A DNA stretch of 64,000 nt from an uncultured Chloroflexia bacterium. Lineage in GTDB: Bacteria; Chloroflexota; Dehalococcoidia; DSTF01; JALHUB01. The stretch lies in assembly GCA_963703345.1 (NCBI GenBank), contig OY969814.1, positions 1,536,001 through 1,600,000 of the forward strand, written 5' to 3'. Below the pieces are notes generated by a model. It had not been told where the DNA came from and did not search any database. It saw nothing but the letters and a program-made list of their open reading frames with translations. The position numbers and the translations under genes are program-made. Positions 10,597-19,026 of this stretch are shown here, piece by piece. Each line of letters starts with the position of its first letter. Position 1 is the first letter of the stretch.

Positions 10597-13500
10597 ATGG
10601 CTGTATCTGACGAACCCAAGAAACCCGCCGTCTCCGTCAAGCTCTCGTCCGCTCAGGCGATCGCCTGGCTGAAGGCGAACTGGCCGCGCTACTGGGAGAT
10701 CGCCCTTTTCGCCGCCATAGTCGCCGTTGCCGCCGGGCTGCGCCTCTGGGACCTCGGCGCCCGCTCCTTCAACCACGACGAGAGCCTGCATGCCACCTAT
10801 AGCTGGTATCTCTTCAACGGCCAGGGCTACCAGCACGATCCCATGATGCACGGACCGTTTCAGTTCCACTTCAACGCCGTCTTGTGGAAGACCCTAGGCA
10901 TCATCAGCGCCGCGCCGCTTTTGAACAACTGGGTGAGCTGGGGCGTCAACGACTTCACCGCCCGCCTGCAGTACGCGATGTTCGGGACGGCGCTGGTCGC
11001 GCTGCCGTTCTTCTTCCGAAGCTATATCGGACGCTTAGGCGCCTTCCTCGCCGCCCTCTTCCTGACCTTCTCGCCCGTCTTGCTCTACTTCAGCCGCTTC
11101 GCCCGCAACGACATCATCATCGCCTTTTTCACGCTGGGAATCGTTATCTGCATCTGGCGCTACATGAGCGAGCGCCGCCCTCGCTATCTCTACCTCATCG
11201 CGGCTCTTCTGGCGCTGAGCTTTGCAACGAAGGAAACCACCTTCCTCACCGCAGCGATCCTGCTGCTCTTCCTTGACGTGTTCGTCGCTTGGGAGCTCGC
11301 GTCGGGAATGCGAGATCGCGCTGAGTCGACCGCCGCCGCCGTCGCTGAGCCGTCTCCCGATAAGGCGGCAACGACGCGGCGCGCCCGGCGAAAAGAGGTG
11401 GCGGCCGCACCGGCGAAAGCTGCGCCTCAGCCTCTGCACTGGGCACTCGTGTTCCTTCTGTTCGTCCCGTTTGCCTGGTTCATCGCCGCCGCCTGGCCTT
11501 TGATCGGCAAATGGCGCGCCCGCTGGGGTCTCGAGAAGCTGCCGCTCTCCGCCGACCTCTTGCTGATCGTCGGAACGCTGGCCGGTGTGCAGTTCGCGGC
11601 CGGCGTGCAGCTAATCCCGTTCGTCGGCGGCAAGGATGCCTACTACAAAGATCCGGGCGTCAACGAAGAGACGCTCATGAAGGTTGCCGTCTTCTCATTT
11701 CTCGTCGTCTCCGCCTACATAGGCTTTCTCTGGCGGCCGCGAACCTGGTTGATCTGCGCAAGTATCTTCTACGCTATCTTCGTGTTGCTCTACACGACCT
11801 TTTTCAGCAACATCGGTGGGCTCACTTTTGCAAAGGACGCCAGCGGATTCTGGCAAGGCGCGTTGGGAACCCTTGCTCTCTTGGCCTTCGTTGGACCCTC
11901 GCTGCTCCTGCTTTTTTCGCCTAATTCCCCTGAGGGATCACCGCACAAGTCAATTGAACGACAGTTGACATTGGCTGCCGGGATCGGATTCGCCGTGTTC
12001 GTTGTCGTTTTCCTGTTCGTCCTCGTCGACAATGGCTTCTGGTCCGGAATGTGGGGCTCGTTCGACTACTGGCTCAAGCAGCAGGGCGTCCAGCGCGGCA
12101 GCCAGCCGGTCTACTACTACATGATGATCCTGCCGATGTACGAGTTCCTGCCGCTGGTCCTGGCTATCATCGGCGCCGGCTGGTTCCTCTTGCGCCGGCA
12201 GTTCCTGCTGTCGCTTTCCGCCGTCGTCGGCGTCTGCATCCTGATATTCCTCTACTTCTGGGTCGGCGCCTCGCTGCCCACGCTGATCCCTATTCTCGTC
12301 ATCTTGGGCGCCGCCCTCTTCGCCTTCCGGATGGACCTGTTCACGACGTTCCTCATTTTCTGGGCCGGCGCCTCGCTCATCGCCTACGCCACCGCCGGCG
12401 AGAAGATGCCCTGGCTGACGGTTAACCTGACGCTGCCGCTAATCATCATCGCCGCCAAGTTCCTGAATACCCTCTTTGAGCGCTTCCGCATCCGCCTGCC
12501 CTTCGACTGGCGCAGCCCGGAGATACTCGTGCTCCTGGTGGCGGCCTGCGGCGCCCTGTCGATGATCATCCTTTGGCTGACCGCTTTCTCTGCGACCGGC
12601 GCCGTGCTGGCCGTGCTGCTTGGTGTGGTTGCCGCTGGTCTCATCGCCCGCGCCGTCATGCTCAGGGGAACGCTTCTCGGCGCACAGGCGGCGGTTGCCC
12701 TCCTTGTTCCGGCGTTGTTCATAATCACCGTTCGCGACTCATTCCGCGCCAACTTCCAGATCGGTGACTGGCCGCGGGAGATCCTCTCCTACGCCGACAC
12801 GTCGCCTGACCTGCCCATGGTGCGTGACCGGATCGTCGCCGCCGGCATCCAGAGCGGCCTTGGCAACGACTACCCAGTGTCCGCCGACAACGAAATCGCC
12901 TGGCCGATGGTCTGGTACTTCCGCAACTTCAACAAGGTTACGTGGAGCAGCGGAAGCATGACACCACCCATCTCGGGCAGCATCGTCCTCCTGAAGATAG
13001 ACCACCAGAGCTGGATGGACCCCTACCTCGACGACTACGACCCGCCGATTTCTATACGCCACCTGTGGTGGTTCGGCGACGGCCCGCAGTATTACGAGGG
13101 CATAAACGCCGGCGGCTTCGTCAAGGACCTCTTCGACACAAGCGTCTGGAACGTCTGGCGGAACTACTTCGTCTGGCGGCAAACGCCCTGGGCCCCGCCG
13201 CCCGACGACGCCCTGCTCTACATCCCGAAGTCGCTTGCCACCGGCACCAGCGCGCCGGTGAAAGGGGTGACGATACCTACCGTGACGGTCCCTCCCGCCA
13301 GTCAGCTTGTGATCGGCAGCCAGGGCTCCGGCAACGGCCAACTCGATGAGCCGACGGACGTGAGCGTCGACCAGGCGGGCAACATTTACGTTTCTGAGGG
13401 GCGCAACAACCGCATCCAGCTCTTTGACAAGGACGGAAAGTCGCTGCGCACGTTCCAGCCCAGCGGCGACGCCGCGCTCAACGAGCCATGGTCGGTCGCG

Positions 13501-14157
13501 GTCGCGCCTGACGGAAGCATCTACGTGTCCGATACCTGGAACAAGAACGTGGGCACCGGCATCGGCCAGGTTGTGAAGTACGACGCCAGCTTCAACATTG
13601 TCTGGAAATCGGATAAAACGATTGGTCTATACGGCCCGCGCGACATCCTCGTCTTACCCGACGGCAACGTTCTCGTCGCTGACACGGGCAACAAGCGGAT
13701 CGTCAAGCTCAGCGGAGCGGACGGTTCGCTTCTCGGCGCCTATGGAAGCGACGGCACCGGCCAGGGGCAGTTCAACGAGCCGGTCGGCCTGGCCCTCGGC
13801 CCCAACGGCAACATCTACGTCGCCGACACCTGGAACGGCCGCGTTCAAGTCTTTGACTCCAACTTCAAGTACCTGACGGAGTTCAAGGTCAAGGGCTGGG
13901 GCAGCCAGGAAGTCACGGCCAAGCCCTATCTCGCCGTGCTGCCCGACGGCCGCGTCATCCTTGGAAACCCGGCGAGTGGGCGCATAGAGTTGTACGGCGG
14001 CTTCGGGCAGGCGACGGCCGCCTGGGAGCTGCCCGCAGTCCAGGGCGTTAGCGGCCGGCCGGTCGGTATTGCGCTGGACGGAAAAGGCTTCCTGTACGTC
14101 GCCGATTGCAACGGCAACCGGGTATATCGGCTGCCGGTGAGCAGCCTGACGGGATAG
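10597..14157 (+). CDS. TIGR03663 (Agl23-like, PMT-type) membrane protein fused to a C-terminal NHL beta-propeller
   Basis: HDESLHA, DPMMHGP, SRFARND, KE, GEKMPWL motifs; NHL repeats (GQLDEP, GQFNEPVG.A, YVADTWNGRVQ). Confidence 0.85.
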   Translation: MAVSDEPKKPAVSVKLSSAQAIAWLKANWPRYWEIALFAAIVAVAAGLRLWDLGARSFNHDESLHATYSWYLFNGQGYQHDPMMHGPFQFHFNAVLWKTLGIISAAPLLNNWVSWGVNDFTARLQYAMFGTALVALPFFFRSYIGRLGAFLAALFLTFSPVLLYFSRFARNDIIIAFFTLGIVICIWRYMSERRPRYLYLIAALLALSFATKETTFLTAAILLLFLDVFVAWELASGMRDRAESTAAAVAEPSPDKAATTRRARRKEVAAAPAKAAPQPLHWALVFLLFVPFAWFIAAAWPLIGKWRARWGLEKLPLSADLLLIVGTLAGVQFAAGVQLIPFVGGKDAYYKDPGVNEETLMKVAVFSFLVVSAYIGFLWRPRTWLICASIFYAIFVLLYTTFFSNIGGLTFAKDASGFWQGALGTLALLAFVGPSLLLLFSPNSPEGSPHKSIERQLTLAAGIGFAVFVVVFLFVLVDNGFWSGMWGSFDYWLKQQGVQRGSQPVYYYMMILPMYEFLPLVLAIIGAGWFLLRRQFLLSLSAVVGVCILIFLYFWVGASLPTLIPILVILGAALFAFRMDLFTTFLIFWAGASLIAYATAGEKMPWLTVNLTLPLIIIAAKFLNTLFERFRIRLPFDWRSPEILVLLVAACGALSMIILWLTAFSATGAVLAVLLGVVAAGLIARAVMLRGTLLGAQAAVALLVPALFIITVRDSFRANFQIGDWPREILSYADTSPDLPMVRDRIVAAGIQSGLGNDYPVSADNEIAWPMVWYFRNFNKVTWSSGSMTPPISGSIVLLKIDHQSWMDPYLDDYDPPISIRHLWWFGDGPQYYEGINAGGFVKDLFDTSVWNVWRNYFVWRQTPWAPPPDDALLYIPKSLATGTSAPVKGVTIPTVTVPPASQLVIGSQGSGNGQLDEPTDVSVDQAGNIYVSEGRNNRIQLFDKDGKSLRTFQPSGDAALNEPWSVAVAPDGSIYVSDTWNKNVGTGIGQVVKYDASFNIVWKSDKTIGLYGPRDILVLPDGNVLVADTGNKRIVKLSGADGSLLGAYGSDGTGQGQFNEPVGLALGPNGNIYVADTWNGRVQVFDSNFKYLTEFKVKGWGSQEVTAKPYLAVLPDGRVILGNPASGRIELYGGFGQATAAWELPAVQGVSGRPVGIALDGKGFLYVADCNGNRVYRLPVSSLTG

Positions 14158-14196
14158 TAGCGGCTCTCACCGCATCATGAAGGTTAGGGGCGTCTC

Positions 14197-14856
14197 TTGG
14201 AAGCATTTCGTGAGATCGCCGATGCTATCCTTGCCTTCGCCGATCATCACCTCTACGGCGCCCTCTTCATGCTGCTCTTCGCGGAGGAGGCCGGCATACC
14301 GCTGCCCGCGCCCGGCGACACCGTAATCCTGCTCGCCGGTGCTCAGGTCGACAAGGGGCAGGCCAGCCTCCTCGTCGTTGTCCTCTTCGTCGTTGTGGCG
14401 ACGCTCCTCGGCTCGTCCATCCTCTATTGGATATCGCGACTGGGCGGCATGCCGGTCGTGTTGCGCGTCTGCCAATTCCTGCACATCAGGGAAGAGCGAC
14501 TGGAGAAGCCCGGCGCCTGGATCCGCCGCCACCGAGGCGTCGCCATCGTCTTCGGGCGCCTGACGCCGGGCCTGCGCACGGTGACGACGATTGCTGCGGG
14601 CGTCTTTCAGGTGAACTACGGCGCCTTCCTCGCCTACACCGCCGTCTCCGCGACCATCTGGGCGCTGCTCTACGTGCGGCTCGGCGCCTTTGTGCACGGC
14701 TCCTACCGGCACGTTGCCCACTACCTGTTTCGACCCAGCGTCCTGGGACTCGCCCTGCTCGCCTTCGTCATAGCCGCCGCTACCGTCGCCTTCCGACGCT
14801 GGCGCGCCGCCCGGGAGCGAGACCGCCTCCTGGGCGAATCGGCGCTGGTGCGTTGA
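14197..14856 (+). CDS. DedA family membrane protein
   Basis: EEAGIPLPAPGD and FGRLTPGLR motifs. Confidence 0.9.
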   Translation: MEAFREIADAILAFADHHLYGALFMLLFAEEAGIPLPAPGDTVILLAGAQVDKGQASLLVVVLFVVVATLLGSSILYWISRLGGMPVVLRVCQFLHIREERLEKPGAWIRRHRGVAIVFGRLTPGLRTVTTIAAGVFQVNYGAFLAYTAVSATIWALLYVRLGAFVHGSYRHVAHYLFRPSVLGLALLAFVIAAATVAFRRWRAARERDRLLGESALVR

Positions 14857-14882
14857 CCCTCGTTTTCGCCTCCGCCTATAAT
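14853..14882 (+). promoter_or_regulatory. sigma70-type promoter for the flippase-oxidoreductase pair
   Basis: TTGACC-18 nt-TATAAT. Confidence 0.6.
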
Positions 14883-14958
14883 GTGTCACGTAGCGCGTCC
14901 GATCCTTCTAGTAGACCCGTCATACTGAGGACCGACGCCCTGAAACCGAGGCTCTTCA

Positions 14959-16005
14959 TTGCTGCGTAGTCGACGCGTTTGGCTCGGGATGATCCTGAGC
15001 CTTGTTTTTCTGGCCTTCTTCATCTACCGTTCCCGCGGCGACCTGGGCGAGATCCCCGACGCCTTCGCCCACGCCAACTACTGGTGGGTAGCCGCGTCGA
15101 TACCGGTCTACTTCGCCGGCGCCTGGTTCCGAGCCTGGCGCTGGAAGTATCTAATGCGACCCCTCGGTGAGCTGCGAGTCACCGCGCTGTACCCCATCGT
15201 CATCATCGGATTCATGGCGAACAACCTCGTGCCCGCGCGCGCCGGCGAGTTTGTGCGCGCCTACGTCGTCGGCGAGCGCGAGAAGGTCAGCAAGATGGCC
15301 GCTCTCGGCACCATCGCCGTCGACCGCGTCTTCGACGGCATAACGCTGCTGCCGTTCCTGCTCGTCGTCGGCGCCATCTCCGGCGTCAACAGCGAGCTGC
15401 GGACCATCGCCATCTGGATGACGGCGATCTTCGGCCTTGGCCTCATCGTTCTCGTTGTCCTCGCTCTCTCCGAAGAGCTCAGCCGACGATTCATCGGGCT
15501 GGTGCTGCGCTTTGTCCCGGCGCGACTCAAGCCGAACGTGCGGACGCTGGCGGAGTCGTTCCTGACAGGCTTGCACTCCTTCCGCAGCCCGGTCGACATG
15601 TTCCTCGCCTCGGCGACCTCCGTCGCCTCCTGGCTGCTCGAAGCAACGATGTACTACATGGTCGGCCTCGCCTTCGGCCTCCATCTCGGATTCGACATCT
15701 ACCTGCTCATCTGCGCCGGCGCCAACCTGGCGATAGCCGTAATCGCTACTCAGGGCGGCGTCGGCCCGTTCGAGTTCGTCGCCCAGCAGACTGCCATCCA
15801 CTTCGGTGTTGCGTCGGGTCTTGCCTCCGCCTACGCCGTCGCGCTGCACGCCCTGGTGCTGCTGCCCGTCATCGCCGTCGGCCTCTACGCTCTGTGGGCC
15901 ATCAACCTCTCGCTGGGCCAAGTCCTCAGCGGCAGAGGCGCGACTCCGGCGACGGAGGGCGCTTCCTTGCAGCCGTCCCTGCGTGACGAGAGCGAGGCGC
16001 CGTGA
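14959..16005 (+). CDS. UPF0104 / LPG-synthase-TM flippase-like membrane protein
   Basis: RAWRW, NNLVPARAGEFVR, DRVFD, GGVGPFE motifs. Confidence 0.85.
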   Translation: MLRSRRVWLGMILSLVFLAFFIYRSRGDLGEIPDAFAHANYWWVAASIPVYFAGAWFRAWRWKYLMRPLGELRVTALYPIVIIGFMANNLVPARAGEFVRAYVVGEREKVSKMAALGTIAVDRVFDGITLLPFLLVVGAISGVNSELRTIAIWMTAIFGLGLIVLVVLALSEELSRRFIGLVLRFVPARLKPNVRTLAESFLTGLHSFRSPVDMFLASATSVASWLLEATMYYMVGLAFGLHLGFDIYLLICAGANLAIAVIATQGGVGPFEFVAQQTAIHFGVASGLASAYAVALHALVLLPVIAVGLYALWAINLSLGQVLSGRGATPATEGASLQPSLRDESEAP

Positions 16006-17309
16006 AATACGGTATCGTCGGCGCCGGCATCGCGGGACTGACGGCCGCGCTTCGGCTGACGCAGAAGGGGCACGAGGTCGCCCTCTTCGAGGCGAGGCCG
16101 CAGCTCGGCGGCCAGGCGGGCACCTTCGAGTGCGGCGGCAACCGCCTGGAAGTCTTCTATCACCACCTGTTCAGCGGCGACAGCGACGTCATCGGCCTCA
16201 TCGACGAGATGGGCCTCGGCGACCGCATGAGCTGGCGCGAATCGAAGGTCGGCTTCTTCCACGGCGGCCGCATCTACAACTTCGTCACCCCCGGCGATCT
16301 CCTCCGCTTCAGCGCCGTCTCGCCCATCGACCGCGTCCGCCTCGGCCTCGTCGGCGTCTACCTGCGACGGCAGAAGAACTGGCGCCGCTACGAGGGTGTC
16401 ACCGCCGAGCAGTGGATCAAACGCTGGGCGGGCAAGCGCAACTACGAAGTCGTCTGGGGGCCGTTGTTGCGCGGCAAGTTCGGCTCCCGCGCCGCGGACG
16501 TCAGCATGGTCTGGTTCTGGGGGAAGATATTCCTTCGCTTCGCCTCCCGCGGCGGCGGCGTGTCGCAGAAGGAGCGGCTTGGCTATCTCATAGGCAGCTT
16601 CGGACTGCTGATCGACGCCCTCGCCGACCGTCTGCGACAGGCCGGCGCGCGCGTCGAAGCGGGCCGGCCCGTGGAGCGCGTCGTCGTCGAGAACGGGCGT
16701 GCCTGCGGCCTCCAGCTTGCCGGCGGCGAGACCGTCCCCTGCGACGCCGTCATCGCCACGGTGCCCAACGCCGCTTTCCTGGAGATGGCGCCCTTCCTGC
16801 CCGACGACTACGCCGGCTTGCTGCAAAGGGTCCAGTACCAATGGGCGAGCACGCTCGTCATGACGCTGAAGCAATCGCTCTCCCCCATCTACTGGCTGAA
16901 CATCAGCGACCCCGAGATACCGTTCGTGGGCGCCATCGAGCACACCAACTACATCGAGCCGGCGCAATACAACGGCCTGAACGTCCTCTACCTGTCGAAC
17001 TACGTCGAGGACTCCTCGCCGGTCGTCGGCATGAGCATCGACGAGATCAGCGACTACTATCTGCCGCACCTGACGAAGATCAACCCGGCCTTCTCCCGCG
17101 ACTGGATCATCGACCGCTGGCTGTTCAAGGACTCCGCCGGCCAGCCCGTCATAACGATGCACTACGGCGATTCGATTCCCTCGCACGAGACGCCCGTTCC
17201 GGGCCTCTACCTGGCGAACACCACGCAGATCTACCCGGAAGACCGCGGCCTCAACTACTCCGTCCGCCTCGGCGACAAGATCGCCTCCTTCGTGACATCC
17301 ACCGATTAG
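16002..17309 (+). CDS. FAD/NAD(P)-dependent oxidoreductase (amine oxidase / protoporphyrinogen oxidase-like)
   Basis: GAGIAG Rossmann motif, LEVFYHH, YPEDRG; GTGA overlap with the upstream gene. Confidence 0.85.
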   Translation: MKYGIVGAGIAGLTAALRLTQKGHEVALFEARPQLGGQAGTFECGGNRLEVFYHHLFSGDSDVIGLIDEMGLGDRMSWRESKVGFFHGGRIYNFVTPGDLLRFSAVSPIDRVRLGLVGVYLRRQKNWRRYEGVTAEQWIKRWAGKRNYEVVWGPLLRGKFGSRAADVSMVWFWGKIFLRFASRGGGVSQKERLGYLIGSFGLLIDALADRLRQAGARVEAGRPVERVVVENGRACGLQLAGGETVPCDAVIATVPNAAFLEMAPFLPDDYAGLLQRVQYQWASTLVMTLKQSLSPIYWLNISDPEIPFVGAIEHTNYIEPAQYNGLNVLYLSNYVEDSSPVVGMSIDEISDYYLPHLTKINPAFSRDWIIDRWLFKDSAGQPVITMHYGDSIPSHETPVPGLYLANTTQIYPEDRGLNYSVRLGDKIASFVTSTD

Positions 17310-17337
17310 ACGTTGCGCTAAGCTATTCGCGCTCCTA

Positions 17338-17366
17338 TTGACAGCGTGCGATCTGTCGGCTACAAT
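17338..17366 (+). promoter_or_regulatory. Near-consensus sigma70 promoter with overlapping inverted repeat
   Basis: TTGACA-17 nt-TACAAT; GACAG-N8-CTGTC (17340-17357) overlaps the -35 and spacer. Confidence 0.75.
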
Positions 17367-17420
17367 GCGGCCAGCACGTACGTTCGCCTCAACCATCCAG
17401 GCAGAAAAGAGGGATCTGAA

Positions 17421-17714
17421 ATGGCTGATAAAACTGACCTACTCGTCCAGCGGCTGGACGCTATCCTTGAGCGCCTTGACATGCTTCTGGTTTGCGCGGT
17501 GCCCCCGTTGGCGGATGCGAAAGGGGAACTCGGCAAAGTGGAGAGCGCGATCCTCGGGCTCTGCGATCTTCAGCACACCTGCGAGGAGATTGCCGCGCGC
17601 ATCGGCAAGGGCAAGAACCACGTTGAAGTTACCTTGACCAAGCTGCGAAGAAAAGGGCTGGTCAGGAGTGTCAAGAGCAACGGACGCGTGGTCTACCTCA
17701 GATCCAGGACATAG
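17421..17714 (+). CDS. Small winged-helix protein with N-terminal amphipathic helix
   Basis: TCEEIAARIGKGKNHVEVTLTKLRRKGLV HTH pattern; SD AGAGGGA. Confidence 0.7.
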   Translation: MADKTDLLVQRLDAILERLDMLLVCAVPPLADAKGELGKVESAILGLCDLQHTCEEIAARIGKGKNHVEVTLTKLRRKGLVRSVKSNGRVVYLRSRT

Positions 17715-17723
17715 GAGGTCGTC

Positions 17724-18095
17724 ATGACGAACGAAAGCATTGGGCCCTCTGCCGAAATTGCCGAGCTTCTTCGCGAGCTGATCGCTTGGACACGGTTTCA
17801 AGCCTTGCCGGGTTTGAAAAAGATCTTGGAGACCGAGCTAAGTGAGGACAGGAAGCGTGTGGTCTACGAGTTGACCGATGGGTCAAGGGCCGGGCGGGAT
17901 GTTGGGGACCTAGCTGGTGTCCCGTCCAGGACGGTTCATAATTGGTGGGAACGCTGGTTCGAACTAGGAATCGTTAAACAGAGCCGCAGCCGGCCGGGCA
18001 GAATGGAGAGATTATGTTCGCTGAAGGACGTAGGTATTGAGGTCTCAACACCCCGTGGCAAGGAAATCATCGAGCAGGATGCGCCAGCAGGCTAG
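17724..18095 (+). CDS. Small HTH/winged-helix protein
   Basis: GRDVGDLAGVPSRTVHNWWERWFELGIV pattern; AGGAGG SD. Confidence 0.7.
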   Translation: MTNESIGPSAEIAELLRELIAWTRFQALPGLKKILETELSEDRKRVVYELTDGSRAGRDVGDLAGVPSRTVHNWWERWFELGIVKQSRSRPGRMERLCSLKDVGIEVSTPRGKEIIEQDAPAG

Positions 18096-18939
18096 CAAGC
18101 CCCGCCGGGCTAAGAACGACGCCCAGCTAGCAGAAGCTGGACATGGTTTCCGTCTCGTAATGCAGACGGTTCGGGAGTATGTCTTCACCACTCATCGGTT
18201 CCCCCAGGTGGCAGACCTATCCAAGCTCACCAAGATCCACCCCAAGAAGTGTCACGCCATTTGCGACACACTCGTTGGGCAAAGGCAGTTGTACGTTGCG
18301 TTCGGAGGTGAGGGCAGGGGGTCGCCCAAGGTTGTCGTTCCGTGTGACATGATGCAATCCATGCTTAGAACTCAAGCAAGGCCAGAGTGGATCTCCAAGT
18401 ACGAGCTTCCGGAAAGGGCGGAGTTTGTCCGCAAACTAGAGGACCTGCAGACCCAATTGTCTGAGGTTGAACAGATGGAGCGATTGCTGTACTTGACGGA
18501 TATTCCCCTGGAAGAGGCGGTGGCTTCAACACTCCAATGGCTTGGGTTTTCAGATGTACGTCATCATCAAGATGTTACTGACAATCCGGACATAACCTTC
18601 ACCCACAATGGAGTGTGCGCGATTGTTGAGGTTCAAGGTCCATCTGGGCCCGGGGACAAGGAGAAGGTATTACAGCTTCAAGGATGGCTAAATCGTGCCA
18701 TCGGCGAAGGCAAGCGCGCAAGCGAGATTCGCGGTTTCTACGTCCTCAATCACTACCGCGAGGTTGATCCTGAAGCGAGAAGGCCACCGCTAACAGCCCA
18801 CGCGAAGGAGCAGCTTCGGCTTTTTCATGGCAAGCTCTTGACAACAGTATCGCTGTTCGACATCGCCTGCCAGGTCAAGCGCGGGAAGCTCGCCAAAGAG
18901 AAGGCGCGCGACCGAGTGTGGAAAGGCGATGCTGCCTAG
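18079..18939 (+). CDS. HTH + coiled coil + PD-(D/E)XK restriction-endonuclease-like protein
   Basis: LEEAV..L..LGF, NPDI, VEVQG, QL..W motifs; start uncertain (18037/18079/18160). Confidence 0.6.
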   Translation: MRQQASKPRRAKNDAQLAEAGHGFRLVMQTVREYVFTTHRFPQVADLSKLTKIHPKKCHAICDTLVGQRQLYVAFGGEGRGSPKVVVPCDMMQSMLRTQARPEWISKYELPERAEFVRKLEDLQTQLSEVEQMERLLYLTDIPLEEAVASTLQWLGFSDVRHHQDVTDNPDITFTHNGVCAIVEVQGPSGPGDKEKVLQLQGWLNRAIGEGKRASEIRGFYVLNHYREVDPEARRPPLTAHAKEQLRLFHGKLLTTVSLFDIACQVKRGKLAKEKARDRVWKGDAA

Positions 18940-19026
18940 CCCCCTGAGTGCCTGTCCGTTCGAGGGAGCCTCCACCGGCTGCTCTCGTTGATGTAGAATA
19001 GGCCAGACTCTTCCGAGAGGCCGGCC

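Noticed and set aside
17421-18095. wHTH pair as SMC kite/ScpAB subunits
   Set aside because: No ScpA/ScpB motifs, 11 kb from smc, and foreign-looking composition.
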